Source: Thermoplasmata archaeon (GTDB taxonomy: Archaea > Thermoplasmatota > Thermoplasmata > Lutacidiplasmatales > UBA184). Taken from it: DNA of 64,000 bases. Both the position numbers and the translations under genes were made by a program. The stretch lies in NCBI GenBank assembly GCA_021826685.1, contig JAKAYT010000004.1, forward strand, positions 9,462 to 73,461, written 5' to 3'. Under the pieces are notes generated by a model. It searched no databases. It was not told where the DNA came from and saw only the letters and a program-made list of their open reading frames with translations. Positions within the stretch are counted from its first letter, which is position 1; every line of letters starts with the position of its first letter. Positions 50,677-60,003 of this stretch are shown piece by piece.

Positions 50677-51358
50677 GTTGGCTCCCCCGGACGAGCGCCG
50701 AGCGCAGCGAGCGGAGGTTGTCGGCGACCGTCCCCTGGCCGTAGACGCTGTTTCCGCATACGAAGAACGTCGCCCCGGCTCGGGCGGCAGGGACGGCGGT
50801 ATCGGGAGTGATCCCTCCGTCGACCGATAGGTCCGCTCCCGGGTTCCGCCGATCGAGCTCGCGACGGGCTGCCTCGAGCTTCGGAAGCACCGTGGGAATG
50901 AACGCTTGGCCCGAAAAGCCCGGCTGAACGGTCATCACCAGCACCTGGTCGACCCGGTCGAGCACGGGGTCCGCGCGATCGAGCGGTGTGTCCGGTCGCA
51001 AGGCGATGCCCACTTCGGCTCCCAGGTCGCGCGCCGCGCGGACGATCTCCACCGGGCTCCCGGACGCCTCCACGTGGAAGACCAGTGTATCCCCCCCCGC
51101 CGAGCGGAAGGCCGACAGGTAGCGGAGCGGCTCGGAGATCATCAGGTGGACGTCGAGCGGTAACCGGGTGCGCGCGCGCACGGCCTTCACGAGCGCCGGT
51201 CCGAAGGAGATATTCGGCACGAAATGCCCGTCCATCACATCGAGGTGAAAGGCATCCGCCCCACCCCTCTCCGCTTCTCGGATCGCCGTAGCCAGGTCGG
51301 CGAAATCCGCGCTCAGGAGGGAGGGAGCGAGCCGGAGCGGTCGTCGCGAAGTGCCCAC
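50663..51358 (-). CDS. rpe: ribulose-phosphate 3-epimerase
   Basis: APSLLSADFA, HLDVMDGHFVPN, DVHLM, VMTVQPGFSGQ, VDGGI. Confidence 0.92.
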   Translation of the reverse strand: MGTSRRPLRLAPSLLSADFADLATAIREAERGGADAFHLDVMDGHFVPNISFGPALVKAVRARTRLPLDVHLMISEPLRYLSAFRSAGGDTLVFHVEASGSPVEIVRAARDLGAEVGIALRPDTPLDRADPVLDRVDQVLVMTVQPGFSGQAFIPTVLPKLEAARRELDRRNPGADLSVDGGITPDTAVPAARAGATFFVCGNSVYGQGTVADNLRSLRSALVRGSQRAVP

Positions 51359-51400
51359 GCGCGGCCGAACGCGCCGGTATATTTGGAGGCTCGCTCGGAG

Positions 51401-51886
51401 CTACAGGAATTCGTCCGGAGTCGGTCCGCCCTCCGAGTCCGGCCGCCGTCCGTGGACGCGGATGTAGTCGGCCTCCGGCGTCCATCGTCCGACCTCGACC
51501 GGGCGGTACCACGTGCGCCGGAACGGGACGCGCCGTCGGGTCGAGGGCGGCGGGGGCCGGGTCCAGAGGTAACGATACAACAGGAACTCCACGTAGACGG
51601 CGGCGGCCAGCGAGAGTCCCAACCCGAGGTAGTTTCCCCAGACGAGCCACTGGACCACGAGGAGGCTGTCCGCGATCAGGAGGCCGATCGCGAGCCACCA
51701 CTTGATCGCGTCGTAGTAGACCCACTCGCGCCAGCTCGGGCCGGCCGCGAGGAGCGCGAGCCGCTTTTCCTCCGCAACGCGATCGAGGCGTTCCTGGAGC
51801 GCGTACTTGTCCTGCAGATCGTCGTCCTTCGAACGCTTGCGGTCCGGAGGGGGTGAGACCAGCGTGGGCGACGGCGAGGACGCCAT
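51401..51886 (-). CDS. hypothetical membrane protein (2 TM helices)
   Basis: ATG start and high GC3. TM helices WWLAIGLLIADSLLVV and LGLGLSLAAAVYVEFLL. No family recognised. Confidence 0.6.
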   Translation of the reverse strand: MASSPSPTLVSPPPDRKRSKDDDLQDKYALQERLDRVAEEKRLALLAAGPSWREWVYYDAIKWWLAIGLLIADSLLVVQWLVWGNYLGLGLSLAAAVYVEFLLYRYLWTRPPPPSTRRRVPFRRTWYRPVEVGRWTPEADYIRVHGRRPDSEGGPTPDEFL

Positions 51887-51907
51887 GGTCCCGGTACCGA
51901 CGCCTCC

Positions 51908-53146
51908 CTACGAGGCCACCCTGCCCGGGTCGGACTCGGAAGCGAGCGGTGCTTCCGTTGATTTCATGCTCAAAGGTCGGTCCGGGAGCGAACCCGTCGA
52001 GGTCCCGTCTCCGATGGGGGTCGGGTAGAGGTGGCAGGCGACGAAATGGCCCGCCCGCACCTCCAAGAGCTTCGGCTCGACCTTCGAGCAAATCGGCATC
52101 ACCATGGGGCACCGGGTGTGGAACCGGCATCCGCTGGGTGGCGCCGCCGGGCTCGGCACGTCGCCCGACAGTACGATTCGCTCGCGCTTGAGTTCTGGGT
52201 CCGGGATCGGGATCGCGGAGAGGAGCGCTTGGGTGTAGGGGTGTAGCGGGCGCTGGAACAACGGTTCCGTGTCCGCGCGCTCGACCACCTCGCCGAGGTA
52301 CATCACGACTACCCGGTGGCTGATCGACCGTACGACGGAGAGGTGGTGAGAGATGAAGAGGTAGCTGAGGCGCTGCTCGCGCTGCAGGTGTCGCAGGATG
52401 TTGAGGATCTGGGCTTGCACGCTCACGTCGAGCGCGCTGGTCGGTTCGTCGAGCACGATGAACTCGGGCCGGAGCGCGAGCGCCCGCGCGATGCAGATAC
52501 GCTGGCGCTGCCCGCCCGAGAACTCGTGCGGGAACCGATAGAGGTGCTCGGTGTTCAGCCCGACCTCGCGCAGGAGCTCGGCCGCGCGCTCTAGCCGCTG
52601 CGCGCGATTCCCCAGATGATGGATCTCGAGCGGCTCGCCGAGGATGTCCTTGACCATCATGCGGGGGCTCAGAGAGCTGAAGGGGTCCTGAAAGACGATC
52701 TGGAGCTTGCTGCGTAGCTCTTGGACCGAGCGCAGGCTGCGCCGATAGATGGAATACTGCTGGGCGAACTTATCGAGCTCGTTGAGGGTCGAGCGAAGCT
52801 CTGGGCCCTGCCCCTTCGACGCTTCGTCCGTCGCGAGAGCCTCGAGCGTTCCGTAGAGCGCATCGATCCGCGCCAACGCCTCCGGCGGAGGTCGATAGAA
52901 CGCATGACCGGACGTCGGATCGATGAGGCGCAGCAGCAACCGGCCGACGGTCGTCTTACCGCAACCCGACTCCCCGACGAGGCCGACGGTCTCTCCCTCG
53001 CGAACATCGAAGCTGACACCGTCGACCGCGTGCACGTCCCCGACATGCGACGAGAAGACCCCTCCGCGGATCGGGAAGAGCTTGCGGAGGTTCCTTGCGG
53101 CAAGCACCACCGAGACGGCGCTTGTGTCCGTACCGTTCGCTCCCAC
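51908..53146 (-). CDS. ABC transporter ATP-binding protein, OppF/DppF type, with an insertion of about 50 aa
   Basis: Walker [11 protein letters not shown]-loop IVFQDP, signature FSGGQRQR, Walker [13 protein letters not shown]-terminal oligopeptide-type CRFHTRCP. Confidence 0.9.
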   Translation of the reverse strand: MGANGTDTSAVSVVLAARNLRKLFPIRGGVFSSHVGDVHAVDGVSFDVREGETVGLVGESGCGKTTVGRLLLRLIDPTSGHAFYRPPPEALARIDALYGTLEALATDEASKGQGPELRSTLNELDKFAQQYSIYRRSLRSVQELRSKLQIVFQDPFSSLSPRMMVKDILGEPLEIHHLGNRAQRLERAAELLREVGLNTEHLYRFPHEFSGGQRQRICIARALALRPEFIVLDEPTSALDVSVQAQILNILRHLQREQRLSYLFISHHLSVVRSISHRVVVMYLGEVVERADTEPLFQRPLHPYTQALLSAIPIPDPELKRERIVLSGDVPSPAAPPSGCRFHTRCPMVMPICSKVEPKLLEVRAGHFVACHLYPTPIGDGTSTGSLPDRPLSMKSTEAPLASESDPGRVAS

Positions 53147-53155
53147 GCGAACTAC

Positions 53156-54775
53156 CTACTCGGTGGCCACTGGTCCCTTGTATAAATAACAAGCCACTGT
53201 GTGACCCGGACCCTCGTTCGTTATCGGCGGTTCCTGCTGCGAACAGATCGGCATCGCATACGCGCACCGAGGATGGAATCGGCAGCCGGTCGGCGGTCGA
53301 AGGAGGTTCGGGACCGAACCAGGGATCGACGCCAGCTCCTTCTCCGGCCGCTCGAGGTGCGGGATCGAAGCCAACAATCCCTGGGAGTACGGGTGCAGCG
53401 GCCGTCGGAACAGTTCGCGGACCGGGGCCGACTCGACGATCCGGCCTGCATACATCACGTTCACCCGATCGGCGACCTCTGCGATGACCGCGAGGTCGTG
53501 CGTGATCAGGACGATCGCGGTCCCGACGCGCTCCTTGAGATTTCTCATGAGCGCGAGAATCTGCGCTTGGATCGTCACGTCGAGGGCGGTAGTCGGTTCG
53601 TCCGCGATCAGCACGTCGGGATCCGTCGAAAGCGCCATCGCGATCATCACGCGCTGCAGCATCCCTCCGGACAATTCGTGGGGGTAGCCCCGGGCGATCT
53701 GCACCGGGCTCGCGATCGACACGCCTTCGAGCAGGCTCACCGTTCTCCAGAAGGTCTCGCGGTCCAGGGGGTGACGGACCCGAGACCGGATCCCCCATAT
53801 CCTGTAGTAGAAGTGCGACAGGCGCTCACGACGGCGCGAGTTGTTCACCGCGATGCGGGCCATCGTCTCGCGCTGACCGACCTCCATCTCGTGCATCGAG
53901 ATGGCCCGCTGCCGTTCTTCGGTCTCCATCAGGCGACGCCGGTGGAGGAGGTAGCGACGCTGTCCCGGGCTCAGGCGGCGGCGCGCGACGATGGCGTGAA
54001 TCTCCTTCGCAGCCTGCTCCGGAGCGAGGTTCATCGGCCGCAGCTCGTGATACAGTTCGTAGCCGAGCGTCGGGAGGTGGGCCGCATCGCCCACGGCGGT
54101 GCACGCCGCTCGGAGGCGAGAAGGCTCGTCGTTCGCGACGACCTGGGCGAGAGCCTCGCAGGCCGCCTCCACGGCGGGCTCGTCCAGCGTCGCACCCAGC
54201 ATCCCGTCGACGACTTCGATTCCCCGATGGAGGAGAAGCGACTCCGAGATCTGGTTCGAGATCGAGAAGATGGGGTTCATCGCTTGTGACGGTTCTTGGA
54301 AGATCATCGCGATACGTCGTCCCCGCACCGCGCCCATCCGGTCGTTCGCCTGCTTGATACGACGGAACGAGCGACGGACCCGCACTCGATCCGTCTTCGG
54401 GTCGCGTCGGAACTTCGCTTCTTCCTCGAGCCCCCACAGAAGGTTCGCGGACCCGAGTCGCACGCTCCCCGAAACGATCCGGCCCGGGGGATCGGCGATC
54501 AGACGCGTGATGGAAAACGCCGTGACGCTCTTTCCGCAGCCCGTCTCTCCTACGAGCCCGGTGGTCTCGCCTCGGCGGACCTTCAGGTTGACCCCGTCCA
54601 GGGCGCGGACAATCCCGTCGTAGGTGAAGAAGTAGGTCCTCAAATCGCGGACCTCGAGGATGACCTGAGGATCGCGTGAAGCGCTGGTGGGGGCAGAAGC
54701 GGTCGATAGCGGAGCTGCCGGCGGTATCTCCCCTACCGACATCTCAATCGCGGTCGGTTCGACTCTCGCGCTCAT
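53156..54775 (-). CDS. ABC transporter ATP-binding protein, OppD/DppD type, with an insertion of about 150 aa
   Basis: Walker [10 protein letters not shown]-loop MIFQEP, signature LSGGMLQR, Walker [13 protein letters not shown]-terminal CRFHPRC. 539 aa, against roughly 330 typical. Confidence 0.9.
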   Translation of the reverse strand: MSARVEPTAIEMSVGEIPPAAPLSTASAPTSASRDPQVILEVRDLRTYFFTYDGIVRALDGVNLKVRRGETTGLVGETGCGKSVTAFSITRLIADPPGRIVSGSVRLGSANLLWGLEEEAKFRRDPKTDRVRVRRSFRRIKQANDRMGAVRGRRIAMIFQEPSQAMNPIFSISNQISESLLLHRGIEVVDGMLGATLDEPAVEAACEALAQVVANDEPSRLRAACTAVGDAAHLPTLGYELYHELRPMNLAPEQAAKEIHAIVARRRLSPGQRRYLLHRRRLMETEERQRAISMHEMEVGQRETMARIAVNNSRRRERLSHFYYRIWGIRSRVRHPLDRETFWRTVSLLEGVSIASPVQIARGYPHELSGGMLQRVMIAMALSTDPDVLIADEPTTALDVTIQAQILALMRNLKERVGTAIVLITHDLAVIAEVADRVNVMYAGRIVESAPVRELFRRPLHPYSQGLLASIPHLERPEKELASIPGSVPNLLRPPTGCRFHPRCAYAMPICSQQEPPITNEGPGHTVACYLYKGPVATE

Positions 54776-54785
54776 CGTTGCGTCC

Positions 54786-55940
54786 TCACCGGCGCATCCT
54801 CGGGTCCAGCGCGTCGCGCACCCCGTCGGAGAACAGGTTGACGCTGATCGCGAACAGGAAGATCACGATGCCCGGGAAGAAGAGCTGCCACCACGGGATC
54901 GTGCACAGTCCGATCACGCAGTCGTCGAATATGCCGGTAATCAGGAACGGGTTGACCGCATTCGCGGCCATATCGCCCCACTCGGGGAAGTAGACCGTTG
55001 GGAACAGCTTGAACCCCAGGAAGATCAGCGTTCCAATCAGCAGCGGTATGGTTCCGACGTCCAGGGACATCTGAACGAACACCGGGTACACGCTGTTCGG
55101 GACGATGTGGCGTAAGATGATCCGACCCCGTTTCGCCCCGGAAGCCCGGGCCGCCTCGACGTACTTCTGCTCGCGGACCACGAGCACCTGACCACGCACG
55201 ATACGGGTATACGTGGGCCACCAGACGGCCATCAGCGCGACGATTAAAATGTAGATGCTCAGGTACGACGCCGAGATGACGGAACCTAAGTCCGTCGAGA
55301 CGACCGCGACGACGATGATAACCCACAAGATGAATGGAATCGAGAGGAAGATGTCGGTGAGACGCATGATCGTCTCGTCGACGAGCCCGCCCATGTAACC
55401 GGAGACCGCACCCAAGAGCAAGCCGATCAGGGCCCCTCCCGCCACGACGCTGAGGGAGATGAACAGCGACCAATCGGTACCGCGCAACAGGCCATCGAAG
55501 ATGTTGTAGAAGTACGGGGTTCCCCCGTCGGTCGTGCTGAGCGAACCGAACGGCAACGGTCCTAACGATAACGTAGAAAGCGAAATCGTCGGGGCCACGA
55601 ACGCGGGGAAGCCATTGGGCGTCGCGTAGCAGTTCGGTCCGGGAGGTGCGGCGGGAGGAGTGTACGTGCACACCTCGTTCGCGCAGGAAACGGTGCCTCC
55701 GCTCGTGCCGCAATAGAGCGTGAGCGCGTTCCAGGGGACCGGGGTCGCGATGGCATAGACTGCCACGATCACGAAGGCGAGGATGATTCCGAGGCCCACC
55801 ATCGCGAGCGTGTTTCGACGGAAGAAGTACCATGTGCGTTTGTACTCGTTCCACACCGGATGCCCCCGTCGGGACGCGCCCGTGATGGGGGCTGCGGGTA
55901 CCGGCGCGGAGTTCGTCGGAATCGTAGCGGTGGCCGGCAC
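54786..55940 (-). CDS. ABC transporter permease, OppC/DppC type
   Basis: BPD_transp_1 EAA-like region EAARASGAKRGRIILRHIVPN and a large extracytoplasmic loop after TM1. Confidence 0.9.
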   Translation of the reverse strand: MPATATIPTNSAPVPAAPITGASRRGHPVWNEYKRTWYFFRRNTLAMVGLGIILAFVIVAVYAIATPVPWNALTLYCGTSGGTVSCANEVCTYTPPAAPPGPNCYATPNGFPAFVAPTISLSTLSLGPLPFGSLSTTDGGTPYFYNIFDGLLRGTDWSLFISLSVVAGGALIGLLLGAVSGYMGGLVDETIMRLTDIFLSIPFILWVIIVVAVVSTDLGSVISASYLSIYILIVALMAVWWPTYTRIVRGQVLVVREQKYVEAARASGAKRGRIILRHIVPNSVYPVFVQMSLDVGTIPLLIGTLIFLGFKLFPTVYFPEWGDMAANAVNPFLITGIFDDCVIGLCTIPWWQLFFPGIVIFLFAISVNLFSDGVRDALDPRMRR

Positions 55941-55948
55941 GAGTCAAG

Positions 55949-57139
55949 TCACCCCAACCGGACCCTCGGGTCCAAGTACGCGTAGAGGACGTCGACGATG
56001 ATGTTCGCGGTGACGATGATGTACGTGAATAATATGACCGACCCGAAGATCACTCCGAAGTCGAACGAGCCGATCTGGTTGTCGACCGCGATTGCCAGAA
56101 TGTAGCCGATCCCGTTCAGGCTGAAGACAGACTCGATGACCGGGAAACCCGCCAAGAAACCGGCGAACGTGAGTCCCAACACCGTCAAGGTGACATTCAG
56201 CGAGTTCCGGCCCGCGTGCCGGTTGACGACCACCGACTCCTCGACGCCCTTCGCTCGCGCCGTGCGCACGAAATCGAGGTTCATCACCTCGAGCATGCTG
56301 TTGCGTACATACCGCAGCAATACAGCGATCGTTCCGAACGCAATCACGAGGGCGGGGAGGATGATCCGAATCAGTGTGTCAAGAGCGAGCCAATAGTTCC
56401 CGTGGATGAGAGCGTCAATGGTGGGGAAGCCGGTCGGCGTGCTCTGTAAGCCGGAGTGCAATAACCACGAAGGATAGATATCGCCCGCAAAGCAGGCGGT
56501 GGTCGGCCATGAACCCGAGAATTCGCTGTAGACCAGTTCGCCGCTGGGGCACCAAGGAGTATGAATCAGTCCGAAATTGATCAGGCTCCCTATTCCAATC
56601 ACGGCGCCGATGAGGATCAAGCTACCTAGTAAGAAGCTGGGAAGGGCGAACCCGGAGAACGATAACACGCGTGAGGCCTGATCGACGGGACGATTGCGGT
56701 TCACGGCGGCGAGGTTTCCGAGCGGGATCGCGACCGCGAGGATGATCGCGAGCGAGAGCAGCGCGAGCTCAAGTGTGTAGGGAAGGAGCCACGAGAAAAC
56801 CGTGGCGACGGGTACTCCCGCGGTGGCCACTCCGACAAGGAGGGACTTTCCTACAGAACTTTCGGCAGATACCGTGCCCCAATTGAACGTCAATGCGTGA
56901 AACATGTACACGGCCCATCGCGTGTATACCGGCTCACCGAATCCTAACGCAGCGTACGCCCGATTGTACAACGGTGAGCCGACGGTGTAGTCACACGCCT
57001 TGGGGGTACATCCATAGAGAGCCTCCATCTGGTCGACGATTGGAAGCGCGTTGATCAGCACGAAGGTGATCGTCATGACGCCGATGATGACGGGAAGAAG
57101 GAGCAGGACGCGGCGAATGATGTAGATCCACATCCGCAT
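55949..57139 (-). CDS. ABC transporter permease, OppB/DppB type
   Basis: N-terminal MRMWIYIIRRVLLLLPVIIGV and FVRTARAKGVEESVVVNRHAGRN EAA motif. Confidence 0.9.
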   Translation of the reverse strand: MRMWIYIIRRVLLLLPVIIGVMTITFVLINALPIVDQMEALYGCTPKACDYTVGSPLYNRAYAALGFGEPVYTRWAVYMFHALTFNWGTVSAESSVGKSLLVGVATAGVPVATVFSWLLPYTLELALLSLAIILAVAIPLGNLAAVNRNRPVDQASRVLSFSGFALPSFLLGSLILIGAVIGIGSLINFGLIHTPWCPSGELVYSEFSGSWPTTACFAGDIYPSWLLHSGLQSTPTGFPTIDALIHGNYWLALDTLIRIILPALVIAFGTIAVLLRYVRNSMLEVMNLDFVRTARAKGVEESVVVNRHAGRNSLNVTLTVLGLTFAGFLAGFPVIESVFSLNGIGYILAIAVDNQIGSFDFGVIFGSVILFTYIIVTANIIVDVLYAYLDPRVRLG

Positions 57140-57202
57140 GGTGAGCCCCCTCGTCCGACCTGTGCAATCCTCTCGGCGGCAAGGGAACGGACAGCGTTCC
57201 GG

Positions 57203-57226
57203 TATTTATTCATTCGAAAAATTCGT
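57203..57226 (-). promoter_or_regulatory. AT-rich promoter candidate for the ABC permease/ATPase operon
   Basis: The minus strand reads CGAATTTTTCGAATGAATAAATACC, 65-85 nt upstream of the ATG at 57139. A GAGGGGG Shine-Dalgarno-like run lies about 8 nt before the ATG. Confidence 0.35.
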
Positions 57227-57897
57227 ATCCGGTCGCGTCGCTGAAGCGGCACGAACGGCTTTGGAAACGGATGACCCGGGACATCTTCTTGTTCTGCCGG
57301 ACCCACCTCGCACCCTGCAAGGTACCCGCATCCTCGGATTCTGTACGGAATTTCCCAAGGCGCTGAGTGGGAGGGTACGGCGGAGCGAGCCGAGGACGAA
57401 GGAGGCCGATGCTTGGGGTCGGAAAGAACCGCATCCGTTCGAGTTCTTCTATTCCCAAGTCGTGACGGCCGAGGTTCACGTCCTCAACCAGCAACCGCCG
57501 AACCTACGTGCGCTGGGGAAGGTTTCCCTCCAGATCCGATCCGAATCGTTGCATCGAGCGACAGGGCAGGAAACCGGCGTCTACTGCGAGGAGGGACGAA
57601 GGCTGGTGCGGCTCCAAGTCGGTCCGGCTGCTCCGTACGGCTTGACCTCGTAATTAAGAGGGGGCCCTTCTCCCATGCCGTTGTGCGCCCAACGCCCAGG
57701 AGCCCGGCCTCTCAACTCGACGCCTTCGCAGCGCGAGGCGCCGACCCTCTCCGACGCGCGGTGAGCGGAATGGACCCTGTCATCCGGTCGAGCCTCAAAC
57801 AGGCCGGCGGAATCCTCCTTTCCCTCGTCCCTCTCTTCGCGTTGCGTTCTGGTTTATCTCGCTCGAAGGATCGTTGACCAGCGTCGAGATCGGCCTC

Positions 57898-57913
57898 CTA
57901 GTGTGCTGTCCTC
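57898..57913. repeat. IS630 terminal inverted repeat (stop-codon side)
   Basis: CTAGTGTGCTGTCCTC, compared with the reverse complement of 59028-59043, CTAGTGTAGTGTCCTC. Confidence 0.7.
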
Positions 57914-58986
57914 GACAGATCTACGTTTAACCGGTTCCAGCGGACTTTCTCGAGGATCTGGTCGGCGGTTGCCCTCCAGATTAAGGGCCGAGGGATCTCG
58001 TTGTACCGCTCGATGTACAGCTTCAGCGCCCCGATCAGCTCGAGCTCGCTGTGGAACGTCCCTCGCCTCACCCGTTTGTCCGTGAGCTCCTTGAACCATC
58101 GCTCCACCTGGTTCAGCCACGACGAACTCGTCGGCACGAAGTGAAAGTGGAAGCGGGGGTGCCGCAGCACCCACCGCTTCACTTTCGCCGTCTTGTGGGT
58201 GGCGAGATTGTCGAGGATCAGGTGGAGGTCCAACGCGGATGGCGTGGTCCGGTCGAGGGTGCGCAGGAAGGCGAGGAACTCCTTGGCCCGGTGCCGCTTG
58301 TGGCACTCCCCCACGATCTTCCCCGTCAGCACGTCGAGTGCCGCGAAGAGGTCGGTCGTCCCGTTCCGCCGATAGTCGTGGGTCTGACGCTCGGGAGTTC
58401 CCTCCCGCATCGGGAGGGTCAACTGGGTCCGGTCGAGCGCCTGGATCTGGGTCTTCTCGTCCACGCTGAGCACCAGCGCGTGCTCCGGCGGGTTGAGGTA
58501 GAGAGCCACCACATCGCGCAGCTTCTCCTCGAAGCGCTTGTCTCGGCTGAGCTTGTAGTGCTCCAGTCGATGGGGCTGGAGTCGTCGAGCGGTCCAGATC
58601 TGATGGACGGTGTTCGGGCTGACCCCATACTTCTCGGCCATCGAGCGGGTGGACCAGTGGGTGGCGTTCGGGGGCCGGGTGTGCAGCGTGTCGTGGACGA
58701 TCGCGCGGATCGTGGCATCGGGGAGACGAAGAGGGCCACCGGGACGCGGGGCGTCTTGCTCGATGCCCGCGAGTCGAAGGCGGTGGAATCGGTTCCGCCA
58801 GAGGGCGCAGGTGTTGCGCTGGGTGCCCAGCTCCTCGGCGATCTGCTTGTTCTGAGCGCCATCGGCAGCGCGCAGCACGATCTGAGCCCGGAGAACGAGG
58901 CGATGCGGAGTAGAACGACCGCGGGCCCAGCTCTCGAGCCGCTGACGTTCCTCCGAGGTTAGGGAGAGGGGCGGGGCCACGCGCAC
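57898..58986 (-). CDS. IS630-family DDE transposase
   Basis: N-terminal HTH (LTSEERQRLESWAR...NKQIAEELG), DDE core (LSVDEKTQIQAL, LILDNLATHK, FVPTSSSWLNQVERWF). The TAG stop lies inside the left end repeat. Confidence 0.9.
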   Translation of the reverse strand: MRVAPPLSLTSEERQRLESWARGRSTPHRLVLRAQIVLRAADGAQNKQIAEELGTQRNTCALWRNRFHRLRLAGIEQDAPRPGGPLRLPDATIRAIVHDTLHTRPPNATHWSTRSMAEKYGVSPNTVHQIWTARRLQPHRLEHYKLSRDKRFEEKLRDVVALYLNPPEHALVLSVDEKTQIQALDRTQLTLPMREGTPERQTHDYRRNGTTDLFAALDVLTGKIVGECHKRHRAKEFLAFLRTLDRTTPSALDLHLILDNLATHKTAKVKRWVLRHPRFHFHFVPTSSSWLNQVERWFKELTDKRVRRGTFHSELELIGALKLYIERYNEIPRPLIWRATADQILEKVRWNRLNVDLSRTAH

Positions 58987-59027
58987 AGAGCGCCATAGGT
59001 CTGCCCGGATATAAGCATAGTCAATTA

Positions 59028-59043
59028 GAGGACACTACACTAG
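59028..59043. repeat. IS630 terminal inverted repeat (start-codon side)
   Basis: GAGGACACTACACTAG, 14/16 inverted match to 57898-57913. Confidence 0.7.
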
Positions 59044-59149
59044 CCTGCTCGCCATCGACCCGCTGTCTTGGGGTTCGCTCTCGAAGAGGAGTTTGTCGGG
59101 TTCTGCCCGCACGCTCCGCCCTGACCACCGCCGTGGAGGAGGCGATCGG

Positions 59150-59525
59150 GTGTACGTAGGCATCGATGCCCATAACGCGAGTGTCACGCCACTGTGCTTG
59201 AACGAAAAGGGAGAGAAGCTCTCCACCGCCCGCTTCCCGACGAACCTGGGAGCGCTGACCGCTTGGGCAAGGACCCTGCCATAGGGGAGTGTGCTCGCCC
59301 TCGAGGCGAGCACCATCGCCAAGCGCGGCTCTACCGGCACCTCAAGGGGTTGGGGTGGGGGTTGGGCCGGGGTTGGTCCTCGACGTGCGGATGGCCCATC
59401 CCCTCGAGGCCCGTCGGATGGCCGGGTCGAAGAAGAAGACCGATGCGATCGACTCCTTCGAGCTCGCTGACCTGCTACGGATGAGCCGTCTCCCCGAGGC
59501 GTACGTCCCTCCGCCCGCCCTCCTC
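59150..59525 (+). pseudogene. IS110-family transposase remnant (N-terminal region of about 125 aa, in-frame TAG plus frameshifts, 3' truncated)
   Basis: VYVGIDAHNASVTPLCLNEKGEKLSTARFPTNLGALTAWARTLP-stop-GSVLALEAST. In another frame, VLDVRMAHPLEARRMAGSKKKTDAIDSFELADLLRMSRLPEAYVPP. Both match the DEDD N-terminal domain of IS110 transposases. No C-terminal domain follows. Confidence 0.65.
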
Positions 59526-59630
59526 ACCTCACGAGACTCGGCGGCAGCGAACTACCAGAGGAGGAGTGCCAGTTACAAGAATTCCCGGCGGAGAAATATC
59601 TCGGGCCCGAGCACTCGCGTTCGAGAGGGC

Positions 59631-59972
59631 TCACAGGAGTGGAAGTCCACCGGTGACCGGGTCGATTTCGAAATCCTGGGCCGGGCCCAGTGCGAGGCAG
59701 GTGCGGGTACCGGGTGGCACCTCGGTGAGGCCGGCATCCTCCACCCAAGCCGTAGGGATGCGGCGCGCACGCGCGCTACGATCGAGCTCCTCCATCTGGT
59801 CCAGGGTTCTCGCTTCGAGCACGATCTTGCGCTGGCCGTTCTTCCACCAGTCGGTGAATCGGGTCGGGCTCTCGCGTTCGATCCGGTGGGCCAACATCAC
59901 GGCCCCATGAGCGACCTGGGCGGCGACCTTGCCGGTGGTGAGGCGCAGCTCGCCCCGCACGACAAGGACCAT
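59631..59972 (-). CDS. pth2: peptidyl-tRNA hydrolase, archaeal Pth2 type
   Basis: MVLVVRGELRLTTGKVAAQVAHGAV...KIVLEA...VEDAGLTEVPPGTRTCLALGP. Confidence 0.9.
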   Translation of the reverse strand: MVLVVRGELRLTTGKVAAQVAHGAVMLAHRIERESPTRFTDWWKNGQRKIVLEARTLDQMEELDRSARARRIPTAWVEDAGLTEVPPGTRTCLALGPAQDFEIDPVTGGLPLL

Positions 59973-60003
59973 CTTGGGCCCGCCTCCCGCTCGTCTTCGA
60001 TCC

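Larger units (their letters stand above)
57898..59043 (-). mobile_element. IS630-family insertion sequence (about 1.15 kb) with terminal inverted repeats and flanking TA
   Basis: Single DDE transposase ORF. Ends CTAGTGTGCTGTCCTC (57898-57913) and GAGGACACTACACTAG (59028-59043) are inverted with 14/16 matches. The TA dinucleotides at 57899-57900 and 59041-59042 fit the IS630/Tc1 TA target duplication. Confidence 0.85.

Noticed and set aside
48835-52130. ORFs 48835..50580 (+), 49685..50560 (-) and 50562..52130 (-)
   Set aside because: These are shadow frames of the DNA ligase, rpe and membrane-protein genes.
54772-55947. ORF 54772..55947 (-, 391 aa), an alternative frame to the OppC-like permease
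   Set aside because: It is Arg/His/Pro-rich with no TM helices. The neighbouring frame 54786..55940 gives a canonical permease.
57854-58996. ORF 57854..58996 (-, 380 aa) overlapping the IS630 transposase
   Set aside because: It is an out-of-frame, Pro/Arg-rich translation. Frame 57898..58986 carries the HTH and DDE motifs.
59282-59284. The in-frame TAG in the IS110-like sequence read as pyrrolysine or read-through, as in Methanomassiliicoccales
   Set aside because: TAG terminates many well-defined genes in this window (rpoB, rpoA1, rpoA2, rpl30e, nusA, MFS). Frameshifts are still needed downstream, so a pseudogene is the simpler reading.
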